Of a stretch of DNA of 64,000 nt, positions 7,631 to 17,631 are shown piece by piece. Under the pieces are notes generated by a model that did not search any database, was not told where the DNA came from, and was given only the letters and a program-made list of their open reading frames with translations. This DNA is from Eubacteriales bacterium (GTDB lineage Bacteria > Bacillota > Clostridia > Oscillospirales > CAG-272). The stretch's first letter is position 1; each line of letters opens with the position of its first letter. Where the stretch lies: assembly GCA_045653805.1 (NCBI GenBank), contig JAZOMF010000075.1:1112-65111 (forward strand), read 5' to 3'. The translations under genes were made by a program, and so were the position numbers.

Positions 7631-9475
7631 ATGGTAAGAGAAGATTTAAGAAACGTTGCTATAATCGCGCACGTCGACCACGGAAAGACCACCCTTGTTG
7701 ACGGACTTCTGAAGCAGGGCGGCATTTACAGAGATAACCAGGAAACAGTTACGAGAGTTATGGACTCCGACGACATCGAAAAGGAAAGAGGCATTACCAT
7801 ACTTGCTAAAAACACCGCGGTACACTACAAGGACGTTAAGATCAACATTGTAGACACCCCCGGACACGCAGATTTCGGCGGTGAGGTTGAGCGCGTGCTT
7901 AAGATGGTAAACGGCGTTATTCTGCTTGTAGACGCGGCTGAAGGCCCAATGCCCCAGACCAGATTCGTTCTCAAGCGCGCCCTTGAGCTTAACCACAAGG
8001 TTATCGTTTGCATTAACAAGATAGACAAGCCTGACGCGCGCCTTGGCGAGGTTGAGGACGAGATCCTTGAGCTTCTTATCGACCTTGGCGCTAACGACGA
8101 GCAGCTTGATTCTCCTATGCTTTACTGTTCGGGCCGTTCCGGTACTGCAACCAAGGATCCCCTTGAGGAGGGCGAGGATCTTACCCCCCTCTTTGACACC
8201 ATTCTTGATTATATCCCCGCTCCCGAGGGTGAGCCGGAAGGTGATCTTCAAGTTCTTGTTTCCTCCATCGACTATAACGAGTACGTTGGAAGAATCGGTA
8301 TCGGTCGAATCGAGCGCGGCTCTATTAAGGTAAACCAGGAGGTTATGGTTTGTAACTTCCACAAGCCTGACGAAAAGCCCAGAAAGACCAAGGTAGTGGC
8401 ACTTTTCCAGATCGACGGTCTTGTTCGCGTACCTGTTGACAATGCAAAAATTGGTGACATTATCTGCTTCTCGGGTGCAGGTGACATTTCTATCGGTGAT
8501 ACTCTCACCTCAACCGCTAACCCCGAGCCTATCGAGTTCGTTAAGGTAAGCGTGCCTACAATGGAAATGACCTTCGCAGTCAACACCAGCCCTCTTGCCG
8601 GTAAGGAAGGCAAATTCGTTACCTCCCGTCAGCTTCGTGAGAGACTTTACAGAGAACTTCTTCGTGACGTTTCTCTCCGTGTTCGCGACGGTGATACCAC
8701 CGACGAGTTTATCGTATCGGGAAGAGGAGAAATGCACCTCTCCATCCTCATTGAGAATATGCGCCGCGAGGGCTACGAGCTTACCTGCTCCAACCCCAAG
8801 GTAATTCTTAAGGAGATCGACGGCGTTAAGTGCGAGCCTATGGAGAAGGTTACTCTCGACGTTCCAACCGAGTACGTTGGCGCGGTTATCGAAAAGCTTG
8901 GTCAGACAAAGCGCGACCTTCTCGAAATGAACCCTGTTGGAAGCCGTATGAGAATAGAATATAGCATCCCCTCCAGATGTCTTTTCGGCTACCGCTCCGA
9001 GTTTATGTCCGCAACTCACGGAGAGGGCGTCATTAACACCCTTTTCGAGGGCTATCAGCCTCACCGTGGCGGTATCATTATGAGATTTACCGGTGCGCTG
9101 GTGGCCAGCGAGGCAGGCGTTACCACCAGATACGGTCTCTTCAATACTCAGGAGAGAGGTCAGCTCTTCGTTGGTCCTCAGACCGAGGTTTATGAGGGTA
9201 TGATCGTTGGCGAGAACCCCAAGAATGACGATATTTCGGTTAACCCCTGTAAGGAAAAGCATCTTACCGCTATTCGTAGCGCGGGTGCGGACGAAAAGCT
9301 TCTTCTTACTCCTCCCAAGATCTTCAGCCTTGAGGAAGCGATCGAATTCATAGCGGATGACGAGCTTATTGAGGTAACTCCCAAGTCAATACGACTCCGC
9401 AAGAAGATTCTTGACACAAGCACTCGTATGAGAGAGATGGTCAAGGCTCGCCGCGCGGCAGAAAACAATAACTAA
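7631..9475 (+). CDS. typA: translational GTPase TypA/BipA
   Basis: 614 aa with G-domain motifs AHVDHGKTT, DTPGH and NKID. Architecture is EF-G-like. Confidence 0.92.
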   Translation: MVREDLRNVAIIAHVDHGKTTLVDGLLKQGGIYRDNQETVTRVMDSDDIEKERGITILAKNTAVHYKDVKINIVDTPGHADFGGEVERVLKMVNGVILLVDAAEGPMPQTRFVLKRALELNHKVIVCINKIDKPDARLGEVEDEILELLIDLGANDEQLDSPMLYCSGRSGTATKDPLEEGEDLTPLFDTILDYIPAPEGEPEGDLQVLVSSIDYNEYVGRIGIGRIERGSIKVNQEVMVCNFHKPDEKPRKTKVVALFQIDGLVRVPVDNAKIGDIICFSGAGDISIGDTLTSTANPEPIEFVKVSVPTMEMTFAVNTSPLAGKEGKFVTSRQLRERLYRELLRDVSLRVRDGDTTDEFIVSGRGEMHLSILIENMRREGYELTCSNPKVILKEIDGVKCEPMEKVTLDVPTEYVGAVIEKLGQTKRDLLEMNPVGSRMRIEYSIPSRCLFGYRSEFMSATHGEGVINTLFEGYQPHRGGIIMRFTGALVASEAGVTTRYGLFNTQERGQLFVGPQTEVYEGMIVGENPKNDDISVNPCKEKHLTAIRSAGADEKLLLTPPKIFSLEEAIEFIADDELIEVTPKSIRLRKKILDTSTRMREMVKARRAAENNN

Positions 9476-9486
9476 TTAGAAAATCA

Positions 9487-9515
9487 GCCCGAAGGTAATT
9501 ACCTTCGGGCTTTTT
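9487..9515 (+). terminator. intrinsic terminator of typA
   Basis: gcccgaaggt-aatt-accttcgggc followed by ttttt. Confidence 0.85.
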
Positions 9516-9551
9516 ATAAAAATATGACCCACGGTTACCCATGGGTCATAT
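9516..9551 (-). terminator. hairpin terminator of the GH25 gene
   Basis: atatgaccca/tgggtcatat stem. A T-rich run follows on the minus strand. Confidence 0.55.
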
Positions 9552-9556
9552 TTTAA

Positions 9557-11185
9557 TTAATATCCGTTAAAGCCATATTGTTTTATAATGCTCGGATAGT
9601 CCTTGTAAGAATAATTGAAATCAACATGAGTGCTGATTGGCGCCAGTATACCTGTCCAGCAGTATTGCCACATTCCAAGGTGCTCACCATATTTCTCGGT
9701 ATTCCAGACAAAGCTTTCATTGTCCTCGGGATTCCAAGTATAGCTCTCAAGTCGAGGAGGACGCGCATACCATATCTCGAAAAGCTCGATCATATTGTCG
9801 GTCTGCAAAATATTGAACAAGAATTCATTATTTACATACAAGCCCGTGTAATATCCCTCTCGCTGAAGTGTAGAGAAGAAGGTTAGTAACATTTCGGTAA
9901 GTATTGGCGAGGCTATGTTTTCGGGATGATAATCTTCATTCTCCGAGGGCTCCAAATCGAGATATATGGGATACTCGAATTGTTTTCCATCAAGATATGT
10001 CAAAAGCAATTCTGCATCCTTGCGAATACCCGAAACGGTGGTGGAGTAGGTGAAGAAATATACTCCAACATCAATGCCTGCCGCCTTTGCACCCGCATAA
10101 TCCATTTCAAATGTCGGTTCTATTCCACCGCGTGTACCATGATCTCTAAGAGTGCTTCCAATCTTTAAAATTACATAGTCAACTCCGGCTTCTTTAAGTG
10201 CAAACCAATCAATGGGTTCATACTCACCATTTGAATTGAGGGTGTGATTATAGCTTGAAATATCAATTCCGTGGGCAAGCACCTTATCGTTATTAGCGTA
10301 TGCGTTATCGAGTATCTCGTCATAGAAACGGTAATTGCCGATATAATTGAACCCACAATCACAGCTGTATTCGGTATATCCCATATCTGAAACGGTGGGA
10401 TTTACTACCATAATTTTAAAGTTATGACCTAAAGGTGCGGTAATGACCGAGTAACTCTCACCACAATCACAAGTGAATTTTTCCTCGCCGCTTTGAGTGC
10501 AGCTTACCGCCGATACAACAGAAGACTTGTAGTTGTGTCCCAAAGGCTCTGTAAAATCGGTGATGAATTCAAAATCACACACCGAGCAGCAGTAATAGGT
10601 AAATCCCATTTCGGTGCAGGTAGGGGGGGAGGTGAGATTCAATTCGGGAGTATGTCCCAGAGGCTTGACATAATCCGATGTATAGGAATAAGTGCAAGCA
10701 GTACAGGAATAATTAGTAAATCCCTGAGACACACAAGTAGGAGCAACCACGTTATTTGCCATATTGTGACCTATTGGTGCCACAACATCTGACACGTACG
10801 AGTCGGGGCAATTTTTGCACGTATACGTGGTATAGGCCGATTCTGTGCAGGTAGGATATGTTACCTTGGCGGTGTAATCGTGTCCTTTAGGAGTGCTTAT
10901 TGCGGATTTATAAGCAAATCCACATTCACAGGTATATTTTGTGTAGCCCGCCGTTGTGCAATCCGATTGTATTACCGAAAAGGTGAAGCTATGCCCCTTG
11001 AGTGGTATAACGCTTTCAACAGTGTCGCCACAGACTTTGCAAACAGACGTGATCTTGCCATCGGTCGTGCAGCTCGCATCCACAGTAACGGTTTCGTAGC
11101 TGTGATCACACACCTCGTAACAAGAATAGAGCGAAAACGCGACCAAAGCTACGGCAAATAATAAAATAAATCTGATCTTTTTCAT
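9557..11185 (-). CDS. secreted GH25 muramidase with seven N-terminal Cys-rich repeats
   Basis: 542 aa. Signal or lipobox-like MKKIRFILLFAVALVAFSLYSC. Seven repeats of about 36 aa are followed by a C-terminal GH25-like HGIDISSYN...IDW...DYVILKIG...GIDVGVYFFTY. Confidence 0.8.
   Translation of the reverse strand: MKKIRFILLFAVALVAFSLYSCYEVCDHSYETVTVDASCTTDGKITSVCKVCGDTVESVIPLKGHSFTFSVIQSDCTTAGYTKYTCECGFAYKSAISTPKGHDYTAKVTYPTCTESAYTTYTCKNCPDSYVSDVVAPIGHNMANNVVAPTCVSQGFTNYSCTACTYSYTSDYVKPLGHTPELNLTSPPTCTEMGFTYYCCSVCDFEFITDFTEPLGHNYKSSVVSAVSCTQSGEEKFTCDCGESYSVITAPLGHNFKIMVVNPTVSDMGYTEYSCDCGFNYIGNYRFYDEILDNAYANNDKVLAHGIDISSYNHTLNSNGEYEPIDWFALKEAGVDYVILKIGSTLRDHGTRGGIEPTFEMDYAGAKAAGIDVGVYFFTYSTTVSGIRKDAELLLTYLDGKQFEYPIYLDLEPSENEDYHPENIASPILTEMLLTFFSTLQREGYYTGLYVNNEFLFNILQTDNMIELFEIWYARPPRLESYTWNPEDNESFVWNTEKYGEHLGMWQYCWTGILAPISTHVDFNYSYKDYPSIIKQYGFNGY
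10331..11107 (-). repeat. coding tandem repeats: GH-x8-10-C-T-x2-G-(F/Y)-T-x-Y-x-C-x2-C-x3-(Y/F)
   Basis: Read from the translation: GHSFTF..CTTAGYTKYTCECGFAY, GHDYTA..CTESAYTTYTCKNCPDSY, GHNMAN..CVSQGFTNYSCTACTYSY, and so on. Confidence 0.7.
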
Positions 11186-11194
11186 TATCGTTTT

Positions 11195-12064
11195 TTATTT
11201 GTGAAGCTCTGCGAAAAGCTTGTCGGAAAGCGCGCAGAAATCGGATACCGTCAGCTTTTCACCGCGAATATCACTCTTCAGGCCGCACTCAACTACGATC
11301 TCGGTAAGTCTTTCCTTGCTGATCTCGGAAAATCCTGTCATAAGCGAGTTGGGGAGAGTCTTTCTTCTTTGCTCAAAGGCCGCCTTTATGGTTCTGAAGA
11401 AGGTAGGCTCATGGGCGGGCTTTATAGGCTTGTCCTTCCAAAGGTCGATACGAACTACGCTGGAGGTAACCTTGGGAGGAGGCATAAAGCGGTCTGCCGA
11501 AACGGTGAAAAGAAGATTAGCGTCACCATAGTAGTCAATAGCCGCTGTAATAGCTCCGCAATTCTTATTGCCCGCTCCTGCTGCAAGTCGCTCTGCAACC
11601 TCGGTCTGCACCATAACGGTGATAGAATCGAAGGGAAGCTTGCTTTCGATCAGCTTCATCAAAATAGGAGTGGTTATGTAATAAGGAAGATTTGCACACA
11701 CCGCAACCTTACCCATTTCAAAATAGGGAGCAAGGGTTGTGGCAAGATCTGCCTCCATAATGTCCTGATTAATGACGGTCACGTTCTTGTAGCCGTCAAG
11801 AGTGTATTTGAGAACGGGAATAAGACCTGTGTCGATCTCAAACGCCACCACACGAGCATATCTTTCGCAAAGCTCACGGGTCATACAGCCGATACCCGGT
11901 CCTATCTCGATAACGGTGATGTCCTTATCATCATTGCAGGCGTCTGCAATATCCTCAACGGTCATATTGTCGGTCAAAAAGTTCTGTCCGTACTCCTTTT
12001 TAAAGGTAAGACCGAACATATCCATTACTTGTTTTATAGTTCTGGGATCACAAAGATTAAGCAT
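11195..12064 (-). CDS. rsmA: 16S rRNA (adenine1518/1519-N6)-dimethyltransferase
   Basis: 289 aa with GQNFL, EIGPGIG SAM motif and NLPYYITTPI. Confidence 0.92.
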   Translation of the reverse strand: MLNLCDPRTIKQVMDMFGLTFKKEYGQNFLTDNMTVEDIADACNDDKDITVIEIGPGIGCMTRELCERYARVVAFEIDTGLIPVLKYTLDGYKNVTVINQDIMEADLATTLAPYFEMGKVAVCANLPYYITTPILMKLIESKLPFDSITVMVQTEVAERLAAGAGNKNCGAITAAIDYYGDANLLFTVSADRFMPPPKVTSSVVRIDLWKDKPIKPAHEPTFFRTIKAAFEQRRKTLPNSLMTGFSEISKERLTEIVVECGLKSDIRGEKLTVSDFCALSDKLFAELHK

Positions 12065-12075
12065 AATTTTTCCTT

Positions 12076-13299
12076 TTATTTACTGAATTTCTTATTGAAG
12101 TTTTTATTATAACCCTTGTTTTTATCGAATTGATGGTTACCGTCAAATCTCTTTTTGTTAAAGGGTGCATCCTTGCGAAATTCCGCAGGCTTAAAGAACT
12201 GATAAAGATTGCAGGGAAGCATACCGTTATAAAGCTTTCTTATCTTGTCGGCGCGTCTACCGTAAAGCTTTTCGAAATAGTCGCAGGAGGTGATAACGTA
12301 GATGTGCCAAGGCTCAAATGTCTTAAAGTGACGACCGATGTCACGGTAGAGGTATTCAACCTCGCGCATATCACCCATTCGCTCGCCGTAAGGGGGATTG
12401 CACACGATAGTGCCGCGTCTACCCTCGGGCTTTTCGATCTTTCTCGCGTCACAATGGAAGATATTAATATTTTCCTCAACACCTGCACGAAGCGCGTTTT
12501 CATAAGCCACGTCGAGAATATCCTCGTCGATGTCAGAAGCCCAAGCCTCGAATTTGGAATCCTTGATCTCAAAGGACGCCGCTTCCTCACGAGCCGCACG
12601 CCACATCTCGGCATCAATTCTCGGGAAAGCCTCTGCCGCAAATTCACGCTTGAGTCCCGGAGCGATCTTACGAGCGATCATAGCTGCCTCGATTGCAATA
12701 GTACCGGAGCCGCAGAAGGGATCCCAAAAGAGATTTTCCTCGCTTGGGCGAGATGTCAGCGCAATAGCCGCCGCCAAAGTCTCTCTCAATGGTGCCGCAC
12801 CCGCATCGGGGCGATAACCTCTCTTATGAAGAGCTATACCCGAGGTGTCTATCATAAGCATAGCCTCATCCTTCAAAATAAAGAACTCGACCTTGTATTT
12901 CACTGCCGTTTCATCAAACCAAGCAATGCCGTAAGCACCCGATAGACGGTCAACGATCGCCTTCTTGACGATGCTCTGGCAGTCGGGAATACTTGTCAGC
13001 TTGCTCTTAATAGAATGACCTGTAACAGGGAACTGATCAAATTTTCCTATCCAATCCTCCCAGCGAATGGCGTTTGTGCCGTCGAAAAGCTCAGTAAAGC
13101 TTTCGGCGTGAAATCGACCGAGAACGATAAAAACTCGCTCGGCTAAACGCAGATTTATATTTACTCGTGGGATATCCTTCTCCTCGCCCTCAAAAAGTAC
13201 GCGACCGTCAATAGTCTCAACTCTTTTAAGCCCGAGAGCGTCAATCTCCTCACCAAGTTGTCTTTCAAGCCCGAAAAGGCAGGTTGCTGCAAGTAACAT
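12076..13299 (-). CDS. THUMP-domain class I SAM-dependent RNA methyltransferase (RlmL/YpsC-like)
   Basis: 407 aa with DPFCGSGTI and NPPYGER motifs. C-terminal tail is K/N/F-rich. Confidence 0.8.
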   Translation of the reverse strand: MLLAATCLFGLERQLGEEIDALGLKRVETIDGRVLFEGEEKDIPRVNINLRLAERVFIVLGRFHAESFTELFDGTNAIRWEDWIGKFDQFPVTGHSIKSKLTSIPDCQSIVKKAIVDRLSGAYGIAWFDETAVKYKVEFFILKDEAMLMIDTSGIALHKRGYRPDAGAAPLRETLAAAIALTSRPSEENLFWDPFCGSGTIAIEAAMIARKIAPGLKREFAAEAFPRIDAEMWRAAREEAASFEIKDSKFEAWASDIDEDILDVAYENALRAGVEENINIFHCDARKIEKPEGRRGTIVCNPPYGERMGDMREVEYLYRDIGRHFKTFEPWHIYVITSCDYFEKLYGRRADKIRKLYNGMLPCNLYQFFKPAEFRKDAPFNKKRFDGNHQFDKNKGYNKNFNKKFSK

Positions 13300-13411
13300 A
13301 AATTTTGTCCTTATTACATTAATATAAATTTATCCAAAGTATATTATATCATAGAATAATGTCGTTGTCAACAAAAAGCAGACGTTATCCGCCTGCTTTT
13401 AAGTAGATAAA

Positions 13412-14761
13412 TTATTCGTCAAAATCATTGGTCTCAGGGCTACCTATGCCGAGTATCTCGTCCGAATCGGAGGTATCCAACACCTCAATGCCCTTAAGCT
13501 TCTTTTGTATCATATTATTTCGGTGTTGAGCGTCATCAAGCGATTTGCCCGCTTCATCTATCTTCTTCTTTGGCTTGGCAAGCACGGTGGAGAAGGTATC
13601 GTATTGTGACTTGACCGCAGAAAGTATCTTTCTTACCTCGTTAGCCTTTTCGTTGATAGCCGCAAAGCGGAAGCCCATAGCAAGGGAATTAAGCAAAGCG
13701 GTTATGGTCGAGGGACCTGCAATCATGATGTTGAACTCGGTCTGAAGTCGCTCGGGAATAGCATTTGGCGAGCTTGCGATCTCAGCATAAAGACCTTCAC
13801 TGGCAAGGTACATAATAGCGAATGGAGTGGTCTTGGGCACGCTAATATATTTGCTGATAGACCTTGCCTCTTGAATAACTCGTTCCTCAAGTGCCTTCTT
13901 TGCAGCCTTGGTAGCTTCAGGATCGGCTCTGTCAGCCGCCGCACAAAGGCGTACGTAATCCTCCATGGGGAATTTGGAGTCAAGAGGGAGATATGTGATC
14001 TCCGAGTAGTTTTCGCCAGAGGGTATCTTAATTGCAAACTCAACTCGCTCCTTGCTGGTGTTGGTGGGAGCATAATTTTCAACGTACATGTTGGGAATAG
14101 TCTGGTCAAGAATGTTCTTGAGCTGAACCTCTGCCCAGGTTCCTCTTGCCTTTACGTTTGTAAGCACGCGGTTAAGGGATGTCACGTGCTCGGTAATACC
14201 TCCCGACATCTCCTTCATCTCGCCCAGTGCCTTGTAGAGGTTTTCCAGCTGATCGGAAACCGTCTTAAATGAGCTGTCGAGTCGCTGGGTAAGGGTATTA
14301 GTCAACTTTTCGTCAACTACTGTTCTCATCTCGTCCAGCTTCTTTTCGTTACTCTCACGGATCTTCGTTAAAGACTCCTCAATTCGCAGATTCTGTTTTT
14401 CGTTCATTTCCGCATTCTTTTCGCGGATAGTGTTGATTCCAACCGACATTTCCTTAAAAATGCGCACAAGCTGAGCGTTATTTGTCTCTGTAAGGGCCTC
14501 TAAACGCTTATTTATCTCCGATATTTGTTTTGATACTTCGTTTCTCTGAGCCTGAGCACTCGCAGCTTGCTCGCTTCTGTTTCTGGAGAACTCATTATAA
14601 ATACTTTCTTTTAATTCATCTAACTTTTTCTCTGTTTGAGTACCGTCGGAAAGCTTACTGATCTTTGAATACAAAGCGGCAACAGCTACAAGGCATCCCG
14701 CAGACAATACGAGCAGAGCAATACAAATTATTAAAATATATGTATCCATATTATACCTCAC
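13412..14761 (-). CDS. rmuC: DNA recombination protein RmuC
   Basis: 449 aa with an N-terminal TM helix, a long coiled-coil and a C-terminal RmuC nuclease-like region. Confidence 0.8.
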   Translation of the reverse strand: MRYNMDTYILIICIALLVLSAGCLVAVAALYSKISKLSDGTQTEKKLDELKESIYNEFSRNRSEQAASAQAQRNEVSKQISEINKRLEALTETNNAQLVRIFKEMSVGINTIREKNAEMNEKQNLRIEESLTKIRESNEKKLDEMRTVVDEKLTNTLTQRLDSSFKTVSDQLENLYKALGEMKEMSGGITEHVTSLNRVLTNVKARGTWAEVQLKNILDQTIPNMYVENYAPTNTSKERVEFAIKIPSGENYSEITYLPLDSKFPMEDYVRLCAAADRADPEATKAAKKALEERVIQEARSISKYISVPKTTPFAIMYLASEGLYAEIASSPNAIPERLQTEFNIMIAGPSTITALLNSLAMGFRFAAINEKANEVRKILSAVKSQYDTFSTVLAKPKKKIDEAGKSLDDAQHRNNMIQKKLKGIEVLDTSDSDEILGIGSPETNDFDE

Positions 14762-14997
14762 TCAAAATATTATACTTAATTGTACCACACTGCGCGCCGT
14801 TTGTCAAACGGAAAAGCATACATTTTCTCATTTTTGCGACAAAAAGCGCAATTGTGAATAAATTTGTATGAAACGGTTTAATTTTCACATTTTTTTCATA
14901 AATTATACCTTTAAAGTTAATTTTTGATTTAACAATTTGAAGTATAATTATTTTGGATAAGTTTGAATATATATAGTTTAACATAAGGGAAATACAT

Positions 14998-16212
14998 ATG
15001 AGTGGTAAAAGCAAAAAGTGGATAAAAAAACGTCACGTTATCGTAACCAAGATAGTGTCCGTAGTTCTCAAACCATACGTGAGATTAAGATATGGAATAA
15101 AGCTTGAAAAATTCAAGGAACAAAAGGATACGCCCTATCTCATTCTTTCGAATCATCAAACTCCGTTTGATCAATTTTTTGTTGGGATGTGCTTCAAGGG
15201 TGCTATATATTACGTCGCTACAGAAGATATTTTTTCAAACGGATTTGTGTCATCACTTATAAAATTTCTGGTAGCGCCTATCCCGATCAAAAAGCAGACT
15301 ACAGATGTTTCAGCTCTTCTTAATTGCATCAGAATCGCCAAGGAGGGCGGAGCTATAGCAATCGCTCCCGAGGGTAACCGTACATATAGCGGTCGAACCG
15401 AGTATATGAGTCCCTCCATTGTGCCTCTGGCAAGAAAACTTAAAATGCCCATTGCACTTTATAGAATAGAGGGTGGATATGGAGCAGAGCCGCGTTGGAG
15501 TGATGTTGTTCGCAAAGGTAAAATGCGAGGCTATGTGTCCAAGGTCATCGAACCCGAACAATATGGAGCTATGACCGATGACGAGCTTTTCAAGGCTATC
15601 AGCGATGGGCTTTACGTCAATGAGGCGGTGGCAGACAGCGAATTCCATCACAGCCGGCTTGCGGAATACCTTGAAAGAGCAATATACGTTTGCCCTGATT
15701 GTGGTCTTTCTACATTTGAAAGCAACAAGAAAATAATCGAGTGTAAAAAGTGTCACAAAAAGATAGAATATCTGCCCACTAAAGAGCTTCGCGGCGTTGG
15801 ATTTGACTTTCCGTACCGCTTCGTCGCCGAATGGTATGATTATCAAGAAGACTACATAAACTCTCTTGATGTTACAACTCTTGTTGACGCTCCGCTTTAC
15901 TGCGACGATGCGAGAGTTTCAGAAGTGATCGTAAATAAGAAAAAGGAGCTTATGTATAAAAGCGCCGAGATACGGCTTTTGGGCAATCGTGTAGAAATAT
16001 ACAACGAGGGTAAGCTTTTGCATAAATTTAATTTTGACAGTACAAGTGCAGTCACCGTCCTTGGAAAAAATAAACTCAACATCTATTTCGAGGGGAAAAT
16101 TTATCAGCTTAAAGGTGGAAAACGCTTCAATGCATTGAAATACGTGCATTTTTATCACCGATTTGATAATATCGTAAAGGGGGAAGTCGATGGAAAATTT
16201 TTGGGACTCTAA
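14998..16212 (+). CDS. lysophospholipid acyltransferase family protein with internal CxxC..CxxC zinc ribbon
   Basis: 404 aa with NHQTPFD (HX4D), PEGNRT and CPDCG...CKKCHKK. Its 3' end overlaps the next gene by 23 nt. Confidence 0.7.
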   Translation: MSGKSKKWIKKRHVIVTKIVSVVLKPYVRLRYGIKLEKFKEQKDTPYLILSNHQTPFDQFFVGMCFKGAIYYVATEDIFSNGFVSSLIKFLVAPIPIKKQTTDVSALLNCIRIAKEGGAIAIAPEGNRTYSGRTEYMSPSIVPLARKLKMPIALYRIEGGYGAEPRWSDVVRKGKMRGYVSKVIEPEQYGAMTDDELFKAISDGLYVNEAVADSEFHHSRLAEYLERAIYVCPDCGLSTFESNKKIIECKKCHKKIEYLPTKELRGVGFDFPYRFVAEWYDYQEDYINSLDVTTLVDAPLYCDDARVSEVIVNKKKELMYKSAEIRLLGNRVEIYNEGKLLHKFNFDSTSAVTVLGKNKLNIYFEGKIYQLKGGKRFNALKYVHFYHRFDNIVKGEVDGKFLGL

Positions 16213-17578
16213 TGTATGGGGCTGGGTGCTGCTTCTCGGCGTGCTGCTTGGAAGCCTGCTGGTCGGCAACATACTGAAAAAGGGACTTCCTTTCTTAAAG
16301 GATTCTCTTATCCCCACCTCTGTTATCGGCGGATCAATACTGCTTGTCATCGCCGCAATTTACAAGTGGATAACCGGAGAGGTCATGTTTGATGCCCCTA
16401 TCTTCGACGGCAACGGAACGGCAACTCTCGAGGCAATTACATATCACGCACTGGCACTTGGATTTATAGCATCCGCCTTCAAAACAACAGGCGGAAGGCT
16501 AACAAAGCAAAGAGCTTCCGAGATATTTAATACCGGCGTTACAACCGTTTCAACCTATCTACTTCAAGGAAGCGTAGGACTTATAATAACCATTGTGGCC
16601 GCATTTTTCGTTTCGGGATTTTTTCCCGCGGCGGGAGTTCTGTTGCCGTTCGGTTACGGACAGGGAACAGGTCAGGCGCTCAATTACGGTACGATCTACC
16701 AGAACGAATACGGATTTGATGGCGGCAAGAGCTTTGGACTTACAATAGCGGCACTTGGATTTCTCTCGGCCAGCATTGGCGGCGTAATTCACCTTATAAT
16801 AATGAAAAGAAAAGGGCGTCTCAAGCCCTCGGGGCGCTCCGACGGTAGCCTACACTCCGAACAGATCGAATCCCAGCGCGAGATTCCTATGCAGGAGAGT
16901 ATAGATAAAATAACTATTCAGATGGCGCTAATCCTCGTTGCATATGCTATGGCATACGGATTGATGGTGTTAATATCTCTGCTGTTTCCTTCGCTTAAAT
17001 CGATAATCTACGGCTTCAACTTCCTTATCGGCGTTTTGACCGCATCTATTGTAAAATGGATTCTTAACTTCCTTCGTGCAAAGCGCATAGTTAAGAAAAA
17101 ATATACCAATAACTTCCTTATGACCCGAGTCAGCAACTTCTTCTTTGACCTTATGGTAGTTGCAGGCGTTGCCGCAATAAGACTTGATATCCTTGAAAGC
17201 TATTGGGGAATAATACTTATTCTCGGACTTCTCGGAGCAATAGTTACTTATATCTACAATCGAATTGTGGCAAAAACACTCTTTGGCGACTATGTTGAGG
17301 AGCAGTTTCTTACCATGTATGGAATGCTTACCGGCACAGCGAGTACAGGCATCATTCTTCTTCGTGAGATCGACGGCGATTTCAAAACTCCTGCATCGGA
17401 CAATATGGTATACCAAAACTTCTTTGCAATAGTGCTGGGGCTTCCCATGATGTTTTTGGCAACGCTGGCGCCTACACATCCTTACCTTACACTGGCAATA
17501 TTTGTGTTGTTATTTACAGGAATGAACATACTGCTTTTCAGAAGCAAGATATTCAAAAAACGAAACAAAACAAAATAG
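16190..17578 (+). CDS. GltS-family (sodium/glutamate symporter-like) membrane transporter
   Basis: 462-aa polytopic protein. GYGQGTGQA and GMLTGTASTG segments resemble the two re-entrant-loop motifs of GltS. TAG stop followed by a terminator. Confidence 0.6.
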   Translation: MENFWDSNVWGWVLLLGVLLGSLLVGNILKKGLPFLKDSLIPTSVIGGSILLVIAAIYKWITGEVMFDAPIFDGNGTATLEAITYHALALGFIASAFKTTGGRLTKQRASEIFNTGVTTVSTYLLQGSVGLIITIVAAFFVSGFFPAAGVLLPFGYGQGTGQALNYGTIYQNEYGFDGGKSFGLTIAALGFLSASIGGVIHLIIMKRKGRLKPSGRSDGSLHSEQIESQREIPMQESIDKITIQMALILVAYAMAYGLMVLISLLFPSLKSIIYGFNFLIGVLTASIVKWILNFLRAKRIVKKKYTNNFLMTRVSNFFFDLMVVAGVAAIRLDILESYWGIILILGLLGAIVTYIYNRIVAKTLFGDYVEEQFLTMYGMLTGTASTGIILLREIDGDFKTPASDNMVYQNFFAIVLGLPMMFLATLAPTHPYLTLAIFVLLFTGMNILLFRSKIFKKRNKTK

Positions 17579-17580
17579 CA

Positions 17581-17606
17581 AAAAGCCCACCGTTGGTGGG
17601 CTTTTT
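17581..17606. terminator. bidirectional terminator
   Basis: aaaagcccac-cgttg-gtgggcttttt, placed between convergent genes. Confidence 0.8.
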
Positions 17607-17631
17607 GCTATTTATACGATTTAAAAACCTA

